Assembly: GCA_040772725.1 (NCBI GenBank)
Contig: JAXGXR010000002.1
Coordinates: 477,635-541,634, forward strand
From: Clostridia bacterium
GTDB taxonomy: Bacteria; Bacillota; Clostridia; Saccharofermentanales; UBA5734
DNA length: 64,000 nucleotides
Direction of reading: 5' to 3'
Shown here piece after piece: positions 47,530 through 56,500 of this stretch. The position numbers were made by a program, and so were the translations under genes. The notes beneath the pieces were generated by a model that was not told where the DNA came from, made no database searches, and saw nothing but the letters and a program-made list of their open reading frames with translations. The first letter of the stretch is position 1; every line of letters begins with the position of its first letter.

Positions 47530-47718
47530 TTGGTCGGATTCCCCAAACTTCACCAAACTGGAAATCGTCTGTAATGATCCGGCTGGAAAACCGTGCTATG
47601 ATAAAATCCGCACGACTGTCCGCCTCGATGGACGAGTGACCATTCTCGTCCGGCAAGGTTTTTCACCCGCATGCCGGGTTGCCGTGATTCGGCAATCTCA
47701 GGAAAGGATTGTCAAGCT

Positions 47719-50007
47719 TTGTTGACCAGTCGACCCGGTTCGCCGGAAAGCAAAACGTTCTTCAGGATGCTGGCCATGCTGCTCATCATGGCTTTCATCA
47801 TCATGCCGTTTATCCTGACTGCTGTCCGGTCGCCGGTCCTGGCCGATGACTATGCCGGAAGGACCGGTACGGTTGTCGTGGTGAGCGCGCACGTCCGTCT
47901 GGATCCAGCCGTTTCATCGGACAACATCCTGACCACGGTCTACCAGGGCCAGCGCGTCACCATCCTGCAACGGGTCGTGGGCGGCGAGACATCCGAGTAC
48001 GGTCCGGAATGGTATGAAATCCGGTTCACCAAGGACAGTCAGGAAATGACCGGCTTCATCGTCGATGATTTCGTCGTGCTCGACCCGGTCGCCACACCTG
48101 CGTCGACGGAGCCGACTGCGGTGATCACCGACCCGGATTTCGAAGCCATCCTGGATGGCGAGCGGTTTCCGGACAGCTACCGGCCTGGGCTTCGCCAGCT
48201 GCATGACCAGTATCCCGACTGGATTTTCAAGGCGGTGCACATCGACCTCGATTGGGAAACGATCATCAGCCAGGAAAATTATCCCGGTCGTAGCCTGATC
48301 CATGAGTCGTTCGACGACAACTGGAAATCGCTCGACGCGGAGGCCTATGACTGGCGGACCGATACATGGGTCCCCTACGACAGCGACGAATGGATCATGG
48401 GCAGCAAGGAGACCATCGCGTATTATCTGGATCCGCGCAACCGGTTGGACGATCGGCGGATCTTCATGTTTGAAAATCTGGAATATCAGCCGGATGTCCA
48501 GACCGGCGAGGGGGTCATGGCCATCCTGGCCGGCACGTTCATGGAAGGTCGGGAGGTCGTGTTCGAGGATCCGGATGACGGCACTGAAAGGACCATGCCT
48601 TATCCGGAGGTGTTCATCGAGGCCGCCCGGTACGCCAATGTCAGCCCGTATCATCTGGCGGCCAGGGTTCGTCAGGAGGTAGGCACGGATGGCAGCCGTT
48701 CCGTAACCGGCGAGCCTTTTGTCGATCCGGTCGATGGCCTGACCTACGAAGGATATTACAACTTCTACAATATCGGCGCGTCGCCGCCCAACAGCATTGA
48801 ACGCGGTCTGCGCTATGCCCGGGTCGGATCGATCAGCGAAGACTTCAACGGATTGATCCGGATTCCCTGGACCGACCCTTTTGCAGCCATAACGGGTGGA
48901 GCCTTCTGGATCGGCAGCAATTACATCCATGTCGGTCAGAACACGCTCTATTTCCAGAAGTTTGATGTCATCGACAATACCGGCGACAGCAAGCACCTGT
49001 ACTGGCACCAGTACATGACCAACCTGGCCGCACCGGATGCCGAATCCGCTCAGATCGCCGACGCGTATGCCGCCTATGGCATCGCCTCGGCAGCCAAGAC
49101 CTTCCTGATTCCTGTGTACCGGAACATGCCGGAGGCCGCTGCGCCGCAGCCGACCTCGTCCGGCAATCCGAACAATTGGCTGAAACAACTGACGATCAAT
49201 GGGCATTCGCTCACACCGACTTTTGATGGGGCGGTCACCGACGGATACATGATGATCGTGGACCATCAGGTCACGACCGCTTCGGCCACGGCGACACCCG
49301 TGTCCGAAAAAGCCACCGTCGCCAGCGGGAAGGATGTGCCTCTTGCCGTCGGGTATAACCCGGTCGACATCACAGTCCAGGCTGAAAACGGATCGGAGCG
49401 GGTCTATACGGTCACGGTGACCCGTCGCGATGAAGATGGCGGCACGCCAACGGAACCACCACCAGTATCGACCCCGGCCCCGACCCCTGCAGCCACACCG
49501 GCCCCGTCCGTGACACCGTCTCCGGAAATCACGCCGACACCGACGGTAGCGCCCACGCTCCCGGCCAGTCCGGAACTGGATCCGGTGGCCCTCAGCAGCA
49601 CCACCTATGCCATCAGCCCGGACAGGCGGATTACCGGTATCGCGCCGGAATGTCCTGTATCGGTTTTCATAGAGAACCTCTCCGTCACGCAAGGTTACCA
49701 GATGATGGTGGTCGACCCATCCGGTGCAGTCCTGACCGGTCTGGTCGGTTCCGGCACCCGCGTCCGGGTCCAGAACGGATCCATCGTGGAAAGCGAGTAT
49801 CGCACGGTGCTATTCGGTGACACGAACGGCGATGGCAAGATCAATGTCCTTGATCTGACCCTGATGTCCAGGCAGGTGACCAGAAGGCTGAGCCTGGAGG
49901 ATGTTTTCGTGGTCAGCGCGGATGTGAACCGGGATAGCCTGGTCAACGTCCTGGACTTGACACTACTGTCCAGACATATTACGAAACGGAGCACCATCAG
50001 CCAGTGA
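47719..50007 (+). CDS. Secreted peptidoglycan hydrolase: SH3b-like, GH73-like glucosaminidase, cadherin-like beta-sandwich, Pro/Thr linker, C-terminal dockerin
   Basis: LAARVRQEVGTDGSRSVTG...YNFYNIGA...LYFQKFD glucosaminidase region. Dockerin duplicated Ca-binding loops are DTNGDGKINVLDLTLMSRQV and DVNRDSLVNVLDLTLLSRHI. The start is uncertain: TTG at 47719/47722 after GGAAAGGA, the track start at 47671, or the ATG at 47767. Confidence 0.75.
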   Translation: MLTSRPGSPESKTFFRMLAMLLIMAFIIMPFILTAVRSPVLADDYAGRTGTVVVVSAHVRLDPAVSSDNILTTVYQGQRVTILQRVVGGETSEYGPEWYEIRFTKDSQEMTGFIVDDFVVLDPVATPASTEPTAVITDPDFEAILDGERFPDSYRPGLRQLHDQYPDWIFKAVHIDLDWETIISQENYPGRSLIHESFDDNWKSLDAEAYDWRTDTWVPYDSDEWIMGSKETIAYYLDPRNRLDDRRIFMFENLEYQPDVQTGEGVMAILAGTFMEGREVVFEDPDDGTERTMPYPEVFIEAARYANVSPYHLAARVRQEVGTDGSRSVTGEPFVDPVDGLTYEGYYNFYNIGASPPNSIERGLRYARVGSISEDFNGLIRIPWTDPFAAITGGAFWIGSNYIHVGQNTLYFQKFDVIDNTGDSKHLYWHQYMTNLAAPDAESAQIADAYAAYGIASAAKTFLIPVYRNMPEAAAPQPTSSGNPNNWLKQLTINGHSLTPTFDGAVTDGYMMIVDHQVTTASATATPVSEKATVASGKDVPLAVGYNPVDITVQAENGSERVYTVTVTRRDEDGGTPTEPPPVSTPAPTPAATPAPSVTPSPEITPTPTVAPTLPASPELDPVALSSTTYAISPDRRITGIAPECPVSVFIENLSVTQGYQMMVVDPSGAVLTGLVGSGTRVRVQNGSIVESEYRTVLFGDTNGDGKINVLDLTLMSRQVTRRLSLEDVFVVSADVNRDSLVNVLDLTLLSRHITKRSTISQ

Positions 50008-50026
50008 TCCGCAAAGGAGCGATAGA

Positions 50027-51547
50027 ATGAGATATCCATACGGCAAGCGGGCAGCATCGCTGCTCATCCTGTTGGCGATGCTATTGACCATGGCCTCGCC
50101 GGTGTTCGCGGCCGCCACCGTCCGCCTTGAATTGAGCGCGGACAGGATCGCGATTGGCAAAACCCTCACGATCGAGGTGAAAGTGGGCAGTGGTGTGCCG
50201 GATCTGTCATCCGTCGGTTTTGACATGACATTCGACGCGAACGCGTTTTCGTTTGTATCCGGGTCGGTCAACGGGACGGCCAAGGGTGACAACAAGGCCA
50301 GCTTCACCCTGCAGGGCACGGATGTCATCCAGTTGACGGCAGCGGACTATCTGTTCGACACGGACAGCGACCCTCTTCTGGCCACCTTGCAGTTCAAAGC
50401 CAAGGCTGCGAGTGCCGGCTCTGCGTTCACCCTGGAGAACATCGTGCTCGGAGACTACACCGAGTCGGTCAATCCGGTGCCGGCCACCTTTGCCGGAGCC
50501 CAGAGCGTTATCTTCTTCCAGCCGTCCACCAATGCCGACCTGAGCCAACTGGTCATCGAACCCGGCACACTGGAACCCGCCTTCACCCCCGCCAATACCG
50601 TATACAGCGTCCAGGTTCCGGAAGGCGTCAACGCGCTGACAATCGATGCCCTGCCCGCCGATGACAAGGCAAAAGTGTCTGTCAGCGGACACACCGGGCT
50701 GCAGGACGGCGAAAACACGGTCAAGGTGGTTGTCACGGCCGAAAGCGGCGCGACCAAGACCTACACGATCAAGGCCATCAAAGCGACGCCATCCCCGACG
50801 CCGGAAGCGACACCGACACCGGCTGCCACCGTGACGATCGACGGTGCTGTTTTCACGGTCCAGTCGATTGGAGACGATCAGACACCACCGCCCGGTTTTG
50901 CTGCGACCACCACCATGCTCTCCGGACAACCCGTGCCGGCATATGTGGACAGCCGGTTGAACCTGCTCCTGCTTTATCTGGCAGACAGCGCGGGCAATCA
51001 GGATTTCTTCCTGCTGGACACCCGGACGGAAAAGCTCAGTCTGTATCGTACGCTGACCATCCCGGCCATTACCTACACCGTGCTGGACGCGGATCCGACC
51101 CAGAACGCGCCGGAAGGCTTTGTACCGGCTGAAGTGATGGTCGGCGGCCATTTTGCCAAGGGCTTCAGCGAGGCCACGGCCGGGTCGGATGGCCAGAAGC
51201 AGACCCTGGTGTACCTTCAGGACGCGACCGGTCGGAGAGACCTGTACACTTTTGACGCGACGTCCGGCCAGGTGACGCTTTTTTCCGGCTTGCAGGAAAC
51301 ACCGGTGGCCACGGTGACCCCCGTTCCGACTGTAAGTGCCACACCGACCCAGGCCGCCACGATCACGCCGGGTCTTTCGATCGATCCTGACGCGGACGGG
51401 GATTCCGGCCTGGATCGTTATCTGCTCATCATCCTGATCCTCGGTTTCATCGTCTTGGTCCTGGCCGGAATCCTGACCTACCTGCTGATGGCGAGAAAAG
51501 CCTATCATCGGAATCAGGAAACACCGGTGATCCGGCGGATCCGATGA
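50027..51547 (+). CDS. Type I membrane protein with an N-terminal cohesin domain, a cadherin-like beta-sandwich, an unknown domain and a C-terminal TM anchor
   Basis: Signal peptide ending SPVFA. Cohesin-like segment is VRLELSADRIAIGKTLTIEVKV...VGFDMTFDANAFSFVSG...LATLQFKAK. Cadherin-like segment is NADLSQLVIEPGTLEPAFTP...KTYTIKAIK. C-terminal TM helix is LLIILILGFIVLVLAGILTYLLM. Confidence 0.75.
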   Translation: MRYPYGKRAASLLILLAMLLTMASPVFAAATVRLELSADRIAIGKTLTIEVKVGSGVPDLSSVGFDMTFDANAFSFVSGSVNGTAKGDNKASFTLQGTDVIQLTAADYLFDTDSDPLLATLQFKAKAASAGSAFTLENIVLGDYTESVNPVPATFAGAQSVIFFQPSTNADLSQLVIEPGTLEPAFTPANTVYSVQVPEGVNALTIDALPADDKAKVSVSGHTGLQDGENTVKVVVTAESGATKTYTIKAIKATPSPTPEATPTPAATVTIDGAVFTVQSIGDDQTPPPGFAATTTMLSGQPVPAYVDSRLNLLLLYLADSAGNQDFFLLDTRTEKLSLYRTLTIPAITYTVLDADPTQNAPEGFVPAEVMVGGHFAKGFSEATAGSDGQKQTLVYLQDATGRRDLYTFDATSGQVTLFSGLQETPVATVTPVPTVSATPTQAATITPGLSIDPDADGDSGLDRYLLIILILGFIVLVLAGILTYLLMARKAYHRNQETPVIRRIR

Positions 51548-51565
51548 ACCGGGGGACTGCGGACC

Positions 51566-52030
51566 ATGCGTGAGATCCTCGCGACATCGGCCCTTCCGGG
51601 CCTTCTGGGCTTCCTGCTTAGCCGGGAAGTGATCCTGTACCTGATTTTCGGCGTGTTGACCACTCTGGTCAATCTTGTTATCTTCACCATCCTGTCGCGA
51701 TTGTTCGGCAAAGACCGCTGGTACCTGTCCAACGGGCCGGCCATCGTGCTCGCCATCCTGTTCGCCTTCGTCACGAACCGCGGCATTGTTTTCCAGTCGA
51801 CCGGCCCCTGGTTTCCCGAGATGATCAAATTCTTCGCCTCCCGGATCCTGGTCTCGGTCGCGTTCGAATATGGTGGCATGTATTTCTTCTACAACCTGAT
51901 GAAACTCAAGTCCGGTCTCAAGATCGGACGCTTTGAACTGTCCTACGCCAAGCTACTCGTCCAGGTCCTGGTGGTCGTGGGCAATTATGTCCTCAGCAAG
52001 TGGTTCATCTTTACAGGCGGTGGGGCATGA
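51566..52030 (+). CDS. GtrA-family membrane protein
   Basis: Four TM helices, and LIFGVLTTLVNLVIF ... NYVLSKWFIF, which is typical of GtrA-like proteins. Confidence 0.75.
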   Translation: MREILATSALPGLLGFLLSREVILYLIFGVLTTLVNLVIFTILSRLFGKDRWYLSNGPAIVLAILFAFVTNRGIVFQSTGPWFPEMIKFFASRILVSVAFEYGGMYFFYNLMKLKSGLKIGRFELSYAKLLVQVLVVVGNYVLSKWFIFTGGGA

Positions 52031-53460
52031 TCCGGAACGAACAGGAAGCCTTTGCCTACATGCAGCAGGCCCTCACGTTCGGGATCCGGCTGGGACTGGA
52101 GCGAATGTGGCGCCTGATGGAACTCCTCGGCCATCCCCAGGAGGCCTTGCGCTGCATCCATGTCGCCGGGACGAACGGCAAGGGCTCAGTCACCGCCTAC
52201 TGTGCGTCGATCCTCGCGTCGGCCGGCCTGAAAATCGGTGTCTACACATCACCATACCTGACCCGGTTTCATGAACGGATCCGGATCCTGAATGGCCTTT
52301 CGGACCTGAAGAATCTGGTGCTGCGCGAAGACACCGGCGAAATCGGCAGCGAAGTGTTTGTCCGATTGCTTGACCGGGTGAAACTGGCCGCTGACCGGAT
52401 GATCTCGGAGGGCGGCGAGCAGCCGACCGAGTTTGAACTGATCACGGCGGTGGCCTTTTTGCACTTCCAGGAGGAAAAGGTGGACGCGGTGGTCCTGGAA
52501 ACAGGCCTCGGCGGCCGACTGGACTCGACCAATGTGATCACGAAACCGCTGGTCGCGGTCATCACAGCCATTGGCTACGATCACATGGATCGCCTGGGAT
52601 CGACCATCGGCGAGATCGCTTCGGAAAAAGCCGGCATCATCAAGCCGGGCGTCCCCGTAGTTCTCTATGACCCCGCGCTCGCCTGCGAAGACCCCGTGGA
52701 GGCGGACACCGTCCGTCTGGTCATGGAGAAGGCCTGCCTCGCGCAGGGCGCAGCCTTGACGGTACTGGCCGGGGACCAGGTCGAGACCGTCGACATGACG
52801 CCTGACGGTCAGCACTTCCGGATCCATGCGCAGGTTCCGCCGATTGACCGGGTCATGAAGACCCGGCTGCTCGGTCATTATCAACCGATGAACGCGGCTT
52901 TGGCCGTCATCGCCTGCCGCATGGCCGCCGCCGCGCTTGACGTATCGCTGCCGGACGGCCGGATCGCCCGAGGCATCTGGCTGACACGCTGGCCAGCCCG
53001 TCTTGAACGCGTGCGCCGTCACCCGACAGCACTGGTTGACGGAGCCCACAACCGTCAGGGTGCCCATGCCCTGGTCACCAGCCTGGCCCGGCTGTTTCCC
53101 GGACGTCGCCTGATCTTCATTGTCGGTGTCCTCAAAGACAAGGAATACGACCGGATGCTGGAGACGGTGCTTGCCTATGCCGGCGACAATCTGAAACTGC
53201 TGATCTGTGTCACACCGGACAATCCCCGGGCTTTGCCGGCCCGTGATCTGGCCGCGACGGCCGAATTCATCATTTCGCAATTGATTCAGTCCGGCCGCAA
53301 ACGGTATAATGGCCCAGACATGGTCCGGACGATCGAACAGCCTGACCAGGCCGTATCGCAGGCCTTGGAGATGGCCAGCCCCAGGTCCGATCTGATCGTG
53401 GCGTTTGGGTCCCTCTATCTGGCCGGAACCTTTCGCAGACTACTGGGAGGATATGCATGA
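52027..53460 (+). CDS. folC: Bifunctional folylpolyglutamate synthase/dihydrofolate synthase
   Basis: HVAGTNGKGS P-loop, Mur-ligase middle and C-terminal domains (DGAHN). Start set at the ATG at 52027, which overlaps the gtrA-like stop (ATGA). Confidence 0.85.
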   Translation: MIRNEQEAFAYMQQALTFGIRLGLERMWRLMELLGHPQEALRCIHVAGTNGKGSVTAYCASILASAGLKIGVYTSPYLTRFHERIRILNGLSDLKNLVLREDTGEIGSEVFVRLLDRVKLAADRMISEGGEQPTEFELITAVAFLHFQEEKVDAVVLETGLGGRLDSTNVITKPLVAVITAIGYDHMDRLGSTIGEIASEKAGIIKPGVPVVLYDPALACEDPVEADTVRLVMEKACLAQGAALTVLAGDQVETVDMTPDGQHFRIHAQVPPIDRVMKTRLLGHYQPMNAALAVIACRMAAAALDVSLPDGRIARGIWLTRWPARLERVRRHPTALVDGAHNRQGAHALVTSLARLFPGRRLIFIVGVLKDKEYDRMLETVLAYAGDNLKLLICVTPDNPRALPARDLAATAEFIISQLIQSGRKRYNGPDMVRTIEQPDQAVSQALEMASPRSDLIVAFGSLYLAGTFRRLLGGYA

Positions 53461-54869
53461 ATTGGCTGCAGGTCACGCAAAGCTTCCTGCCCCTTACCCG
53501 GGAGCAGACGTCGAGCTTTGCGCCGCCTCGTGAAATAGATCTGGCCGTCGCGGCCTACAACCGGGCGATTCGCAACCTGAATCAGGACAGCGCGGATATC
53601 GCTCTGATCGCGCTGCGCAAACTTTCATCGGATTATCCGGATTTTCTGGAAGCCGGCTTGCTGTATGGCTGCTGCCTGGCCCAGCTTGGCCAGATGAAAG
53701 AAGCCCGGGCGCAGTTGATCCGGACCGCCAGCCACCCGCAACTGCCGGAAGATCTGTCCCAGGCCGCCGAGGCGGCGATCCGGGCGGTCGACCAGGAGCT
53801 GGCCGAGCAGGAAGCCTTGACCGTTGCCAGCCCCAAGGCAGGCCTACCGCGCCAGGCCGGCTCACAGGTCACGCTATCGGACCTGCCGGTGCGACCGTCT
53901 GACGCCCTGCTGGAAAGAACCGGTCGAAAAAGCCGGGTTCGCATGGCGAGTGAGAAAGAACGCCGCGAGATTCTGATGCGCAGCGACATGCCCCGAGAAG
54001 AGGAGACGCATGTCGTTTTTGAAAAAAGCCCGGCCGACTACCTGCGGCTGATCCTGCCCGTGGCGGCCGGCCTGATGGTCATTGCCGTCCTGGTTTTCGT
54101 GCTGGTGCGCGCCTGGCCGGACCTGCGCCGTGAAAAACCGGCAAGCGCGGACGAGAAGCTGGCTTACCTGCTGGGCGAGATCGAGAAAAAAGCGCCGGCT
54201 GACGAAGCGTGGCAGCGATTGCTGACCGACTACCGAACGCGATTCCAAATTGAACCGACAACCGCAGCCTCTTCCACAGCAGGGACAAGTGCCCAGACAA
54301 GCCAGCCGACAACGATGGCCACCACGACTGCCACGACAACGATGGCCACGACAACAGCCTTGCCGACCCCTTCTTTGACGCCGACACCAACGCAAGCGCC
54401 GGAGCTGGCGATCCTGCGAGAAGCCGATTCCCTCGTATCGACAGGTATGGACGCGCTGGATGAGGACCTGGTCCTGGCGGCAGAAAGCTTGATGCAGGCG
54501 ATCGACCTGCTCGAGGGCATCCCCGCTGACACTACGTCAGCGGATATTGACCGGACGGCCGGAGAACTGCTTGACCGGGCCCGGGCCCAATACGAACCGA
54601 TCTACAAACGGGCAGCCGAGCAGCTGCGATTGATTGCCGCCCCCCTGTTCGGGCAGGCAGAATACGAGCAGTCCCTGTCGTACTATCTTCGGGCATACGC
54701 GCTTTACCCCAAAAGCTACGGTGGCGGCGTCGCCTATTATTGCGGCCGCTGCTACCAGTTGCTGGACAAGCCAGATGAAGCCAGAACCTACTTCGAATTT
54801 GTCGTCGAGAACTTCGACGGCCGGGACATCGCCGTCAGCGCGGCGTACCGGCTGACCCAACTGGGCTGA
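53457..54869 (+). CDS. TPR-like repeat protein with a central TM helix and a Thr-rich linker; unknown function
   Basis: 470-aa ORF with ATGA overlap with folC. TM helix LILPVAAGLMVIAVLVFVLV. TTMATTTATTTMATTT low-complexity region. TPR-like C-terminus (YEQSLSYYLRAYALYP...CGRCYQLLDKPDEARTYFE). Confidence 0.55.
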   Translation: MNWLQVTQSFLPLTREQTSSFAPPREIDLAVAAYNRAIRNLNQDSADIALIALRKLSSDYPDFLEAGLLYGCCLAQLGQMKEARAQLIRTASHPQLPEDLSQAAEAAIRAVDQELAEQEALTVASPKAGLPRQAGSQVTLSDLPVRPSDALLERTGRKSRVRMASEKERREILMRSDMPREEETHVVFEKSPADYLRLILPVAAGLMVIAVLVFVLVRAWPDLRREKPASADEKLAYLLGEIEKKAPADEAWQRLLTDYRTRFQIEPTTAASSTAGTSAQTSQPTTMATTTATTTMATTTALPTPSLTPTPTQAPELAILREADSLVSTGMDALDEDLVLAAESLMQAIDLLEGIPADTTSADIDRTAGELLDRARAQYEPIYKRAAEQLRLIAAPLFGQAEYEQSLSYYLRAYALYPKSYGGGVAYYCGRCYQLLDKPDEARTYFEFVVENFDGRDIAVSAAYRLTQLG

Positions 54870-54895
54870 GGCCTGGACAGGAAAAGGAGAAACAC

Positions 54896-56416
54896 ATGCA
54901 GTACATCAGCACCCGTGGCGGAGACGTCCGCTTTTCATCCGCACTGGCGATCCGCCAGGGGATCGCGCCCGACGGCGGGCTTCTGGTGCCGGAATCTTTC
55001 CCGGTCCTGACCGTCGAAGAAATCGCCGAATTGGCGAACCTGGACTATGTGGACCGGGCAGTCAGGATCCTGTCCCTGTACCTGACGGACTACACACCTG
55101 CCGAACTGCGGGAATTTGCCGAACTTGCCTATGCTGAGGAAAAGTTCGGCCCTGAACCGGCGCCGCTGGTTCAGTTGAACAAATACAACGACCGTGAATT
55201 CATCCTGGAACTCTGGCATGGACCGACGGCCGCTTTCAAGGACATGGCGCTCCAATTGCTGCCCCACCTGATGACAGCGGCACTGCGCAAGACCGGAGAG
55301 CCGCACGAGGTCTGCATCCTGACGGCGACTTCCGGCGATACCGGGAAAGCGGCGTTGGAAGGGTTTTGCGATGTGCCGGGCACTTCCGTCATCGTCTTCT
55401 ATCCATCAAAAGGCGTCAGTGAAGCCCAGCGATTGCAGATGGTGACACAGGAGGGAGACAATCTGGACGTGATCGCCGTCGAAGGCAATTTTGACGACGC
55501 CCAGACGGGCGTCAAACGCATCTTCGCCGATGAAGCGCTCAAAATCCAGCTCCAGCAGCATGGGATCTTCCTGTCTTCAGCCAATTCGATCAACTGGGGC
55601 CGCCTGGTCCCCCAGATCGTCTACTATTTTTCAGCATATGCCGACCTCATCAAGCGGGAAAAGATCGAACCGGGGGAAGCGATCAACTTTGTTGTGCCGA
55701 CCGGCAATTTCGGCAACATTCTCGCCGCCTACTACGCACGACGCATGGGGCTGCCGGTCAACAAGCTCATCTGTGCCTCCAATGCCAACCGAGTGCTGTC
55801 CGACTTCATCCGGGACGGCAACTATCGCAGCAGGCGGGAATTTTTCCGAACATTGTCACCGTCGATGGACATTCTCGTGTCAAGCAATCTGGAACGCCTC
55901 TTGTTTGAGCTGAGTGGCCGGGACAGCGATCGGATCCGCGAATGGATGGAATCTCTTGCTGAAAATGGCAGTTACAGCATCGACAGGCCAACCCTGCGTC
56001 AGTTGCAGGAGGTGATCGTCGGCGGCTTTGCCGACGACACCGGCACCCTGAAGACGATCCGCGACGTCTATGACCGGTATGACCACGTCGTGGACACCCA
56101 TACGGCCGTCGGATTCAACGTCTACAGCCGGTATGCCGCCCGGTCCGGCGATGACAGCAAGACCGTCTTTGTGGCGACCGCCAGCCCGTTCAAATTCAGC
56201 GCGGCCGTCAGTGATGCCCTGAACGGCGTCGGGTTCAGCAAAGGCCGCAGTGAGTCGACCCTTCTGGAACAGTTATCCGAGGAAAGTGGTCTTGAGATCC
56301 CGATGACACTGAAGGACTTGGGCAAGCGGACCATTCGGCATGACCGGATGATCCAGACTGAAGACATGAAAGCAACCGTCTTGTCGCTCCTCCTTGACGA
56401 AAAGAACAGAATCTGA
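54896..56416 (+). CDS. thrC: Threonine synthase (long form)
   Basis: MQYISTRGG N-terminus, GPTAAFKD PLP-lysine motif, TSGDTG. Confidence 0.9.
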   Translation: MQYISTRGGDVRFSSALAIRQGIAPDGGLLVPESFPVLTVEEIAELANLDYVDRAVRILSLYLTDYTPAELREFAELAYAEEKFGPEPAPLVQLNKYNDREFILELWHGPTAAFKDMALQLLPHLMTAALRKTGEPHEVCILTATSGDTGKAALEGFCDVPGTSVIVFYPSKGVSEAQRLQMVTQEGDNLDVIAVEGNFDDAQTGVKRIFADEALKIQLQQHGIFLSSANSINWGRLVPQIVYYFSAYADLIKREKIEPGEAINFVVPTGNFGNILAAYYARRMGLPVNKLICASNANRVLSDFIRDGNYRSRREFFRTLSPSMDILVSSNLERLLFELSGRDSDRIREWMESLAENGSYSIDRPTLRQLQEVIVGGFADDTGTLKTIRDVYDRYDHVVDTHTAVGFNVYSRYAARSGDDSKTVFVATASPFKFSAAVSDALNGVGFSKGRSESTLLEQLSEESGLEIPMTLKDLGKRTIRHDRMIQTEDMKATVLSLLLDEKNRI

Positions 56417-56446
56417 AATGGGCGTTCGACATTGAAAAAACGATCA

Positions 56447-56473
56447 AAGGGGCGGTGATGACCGCCCCTTTGC
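56447..56473. terminator. Bidirectional terminator hairpin between convergent thrC and prfC
   Basis: AAAGGGGCGGT-GATG-ACCGCCCCTTTG, with an A-tract on one side and a T-tract on the other. Confidence 0.75.
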
Positions 56474-56500
56474 AATGGATCCATCAGGCCATGATGAGCG

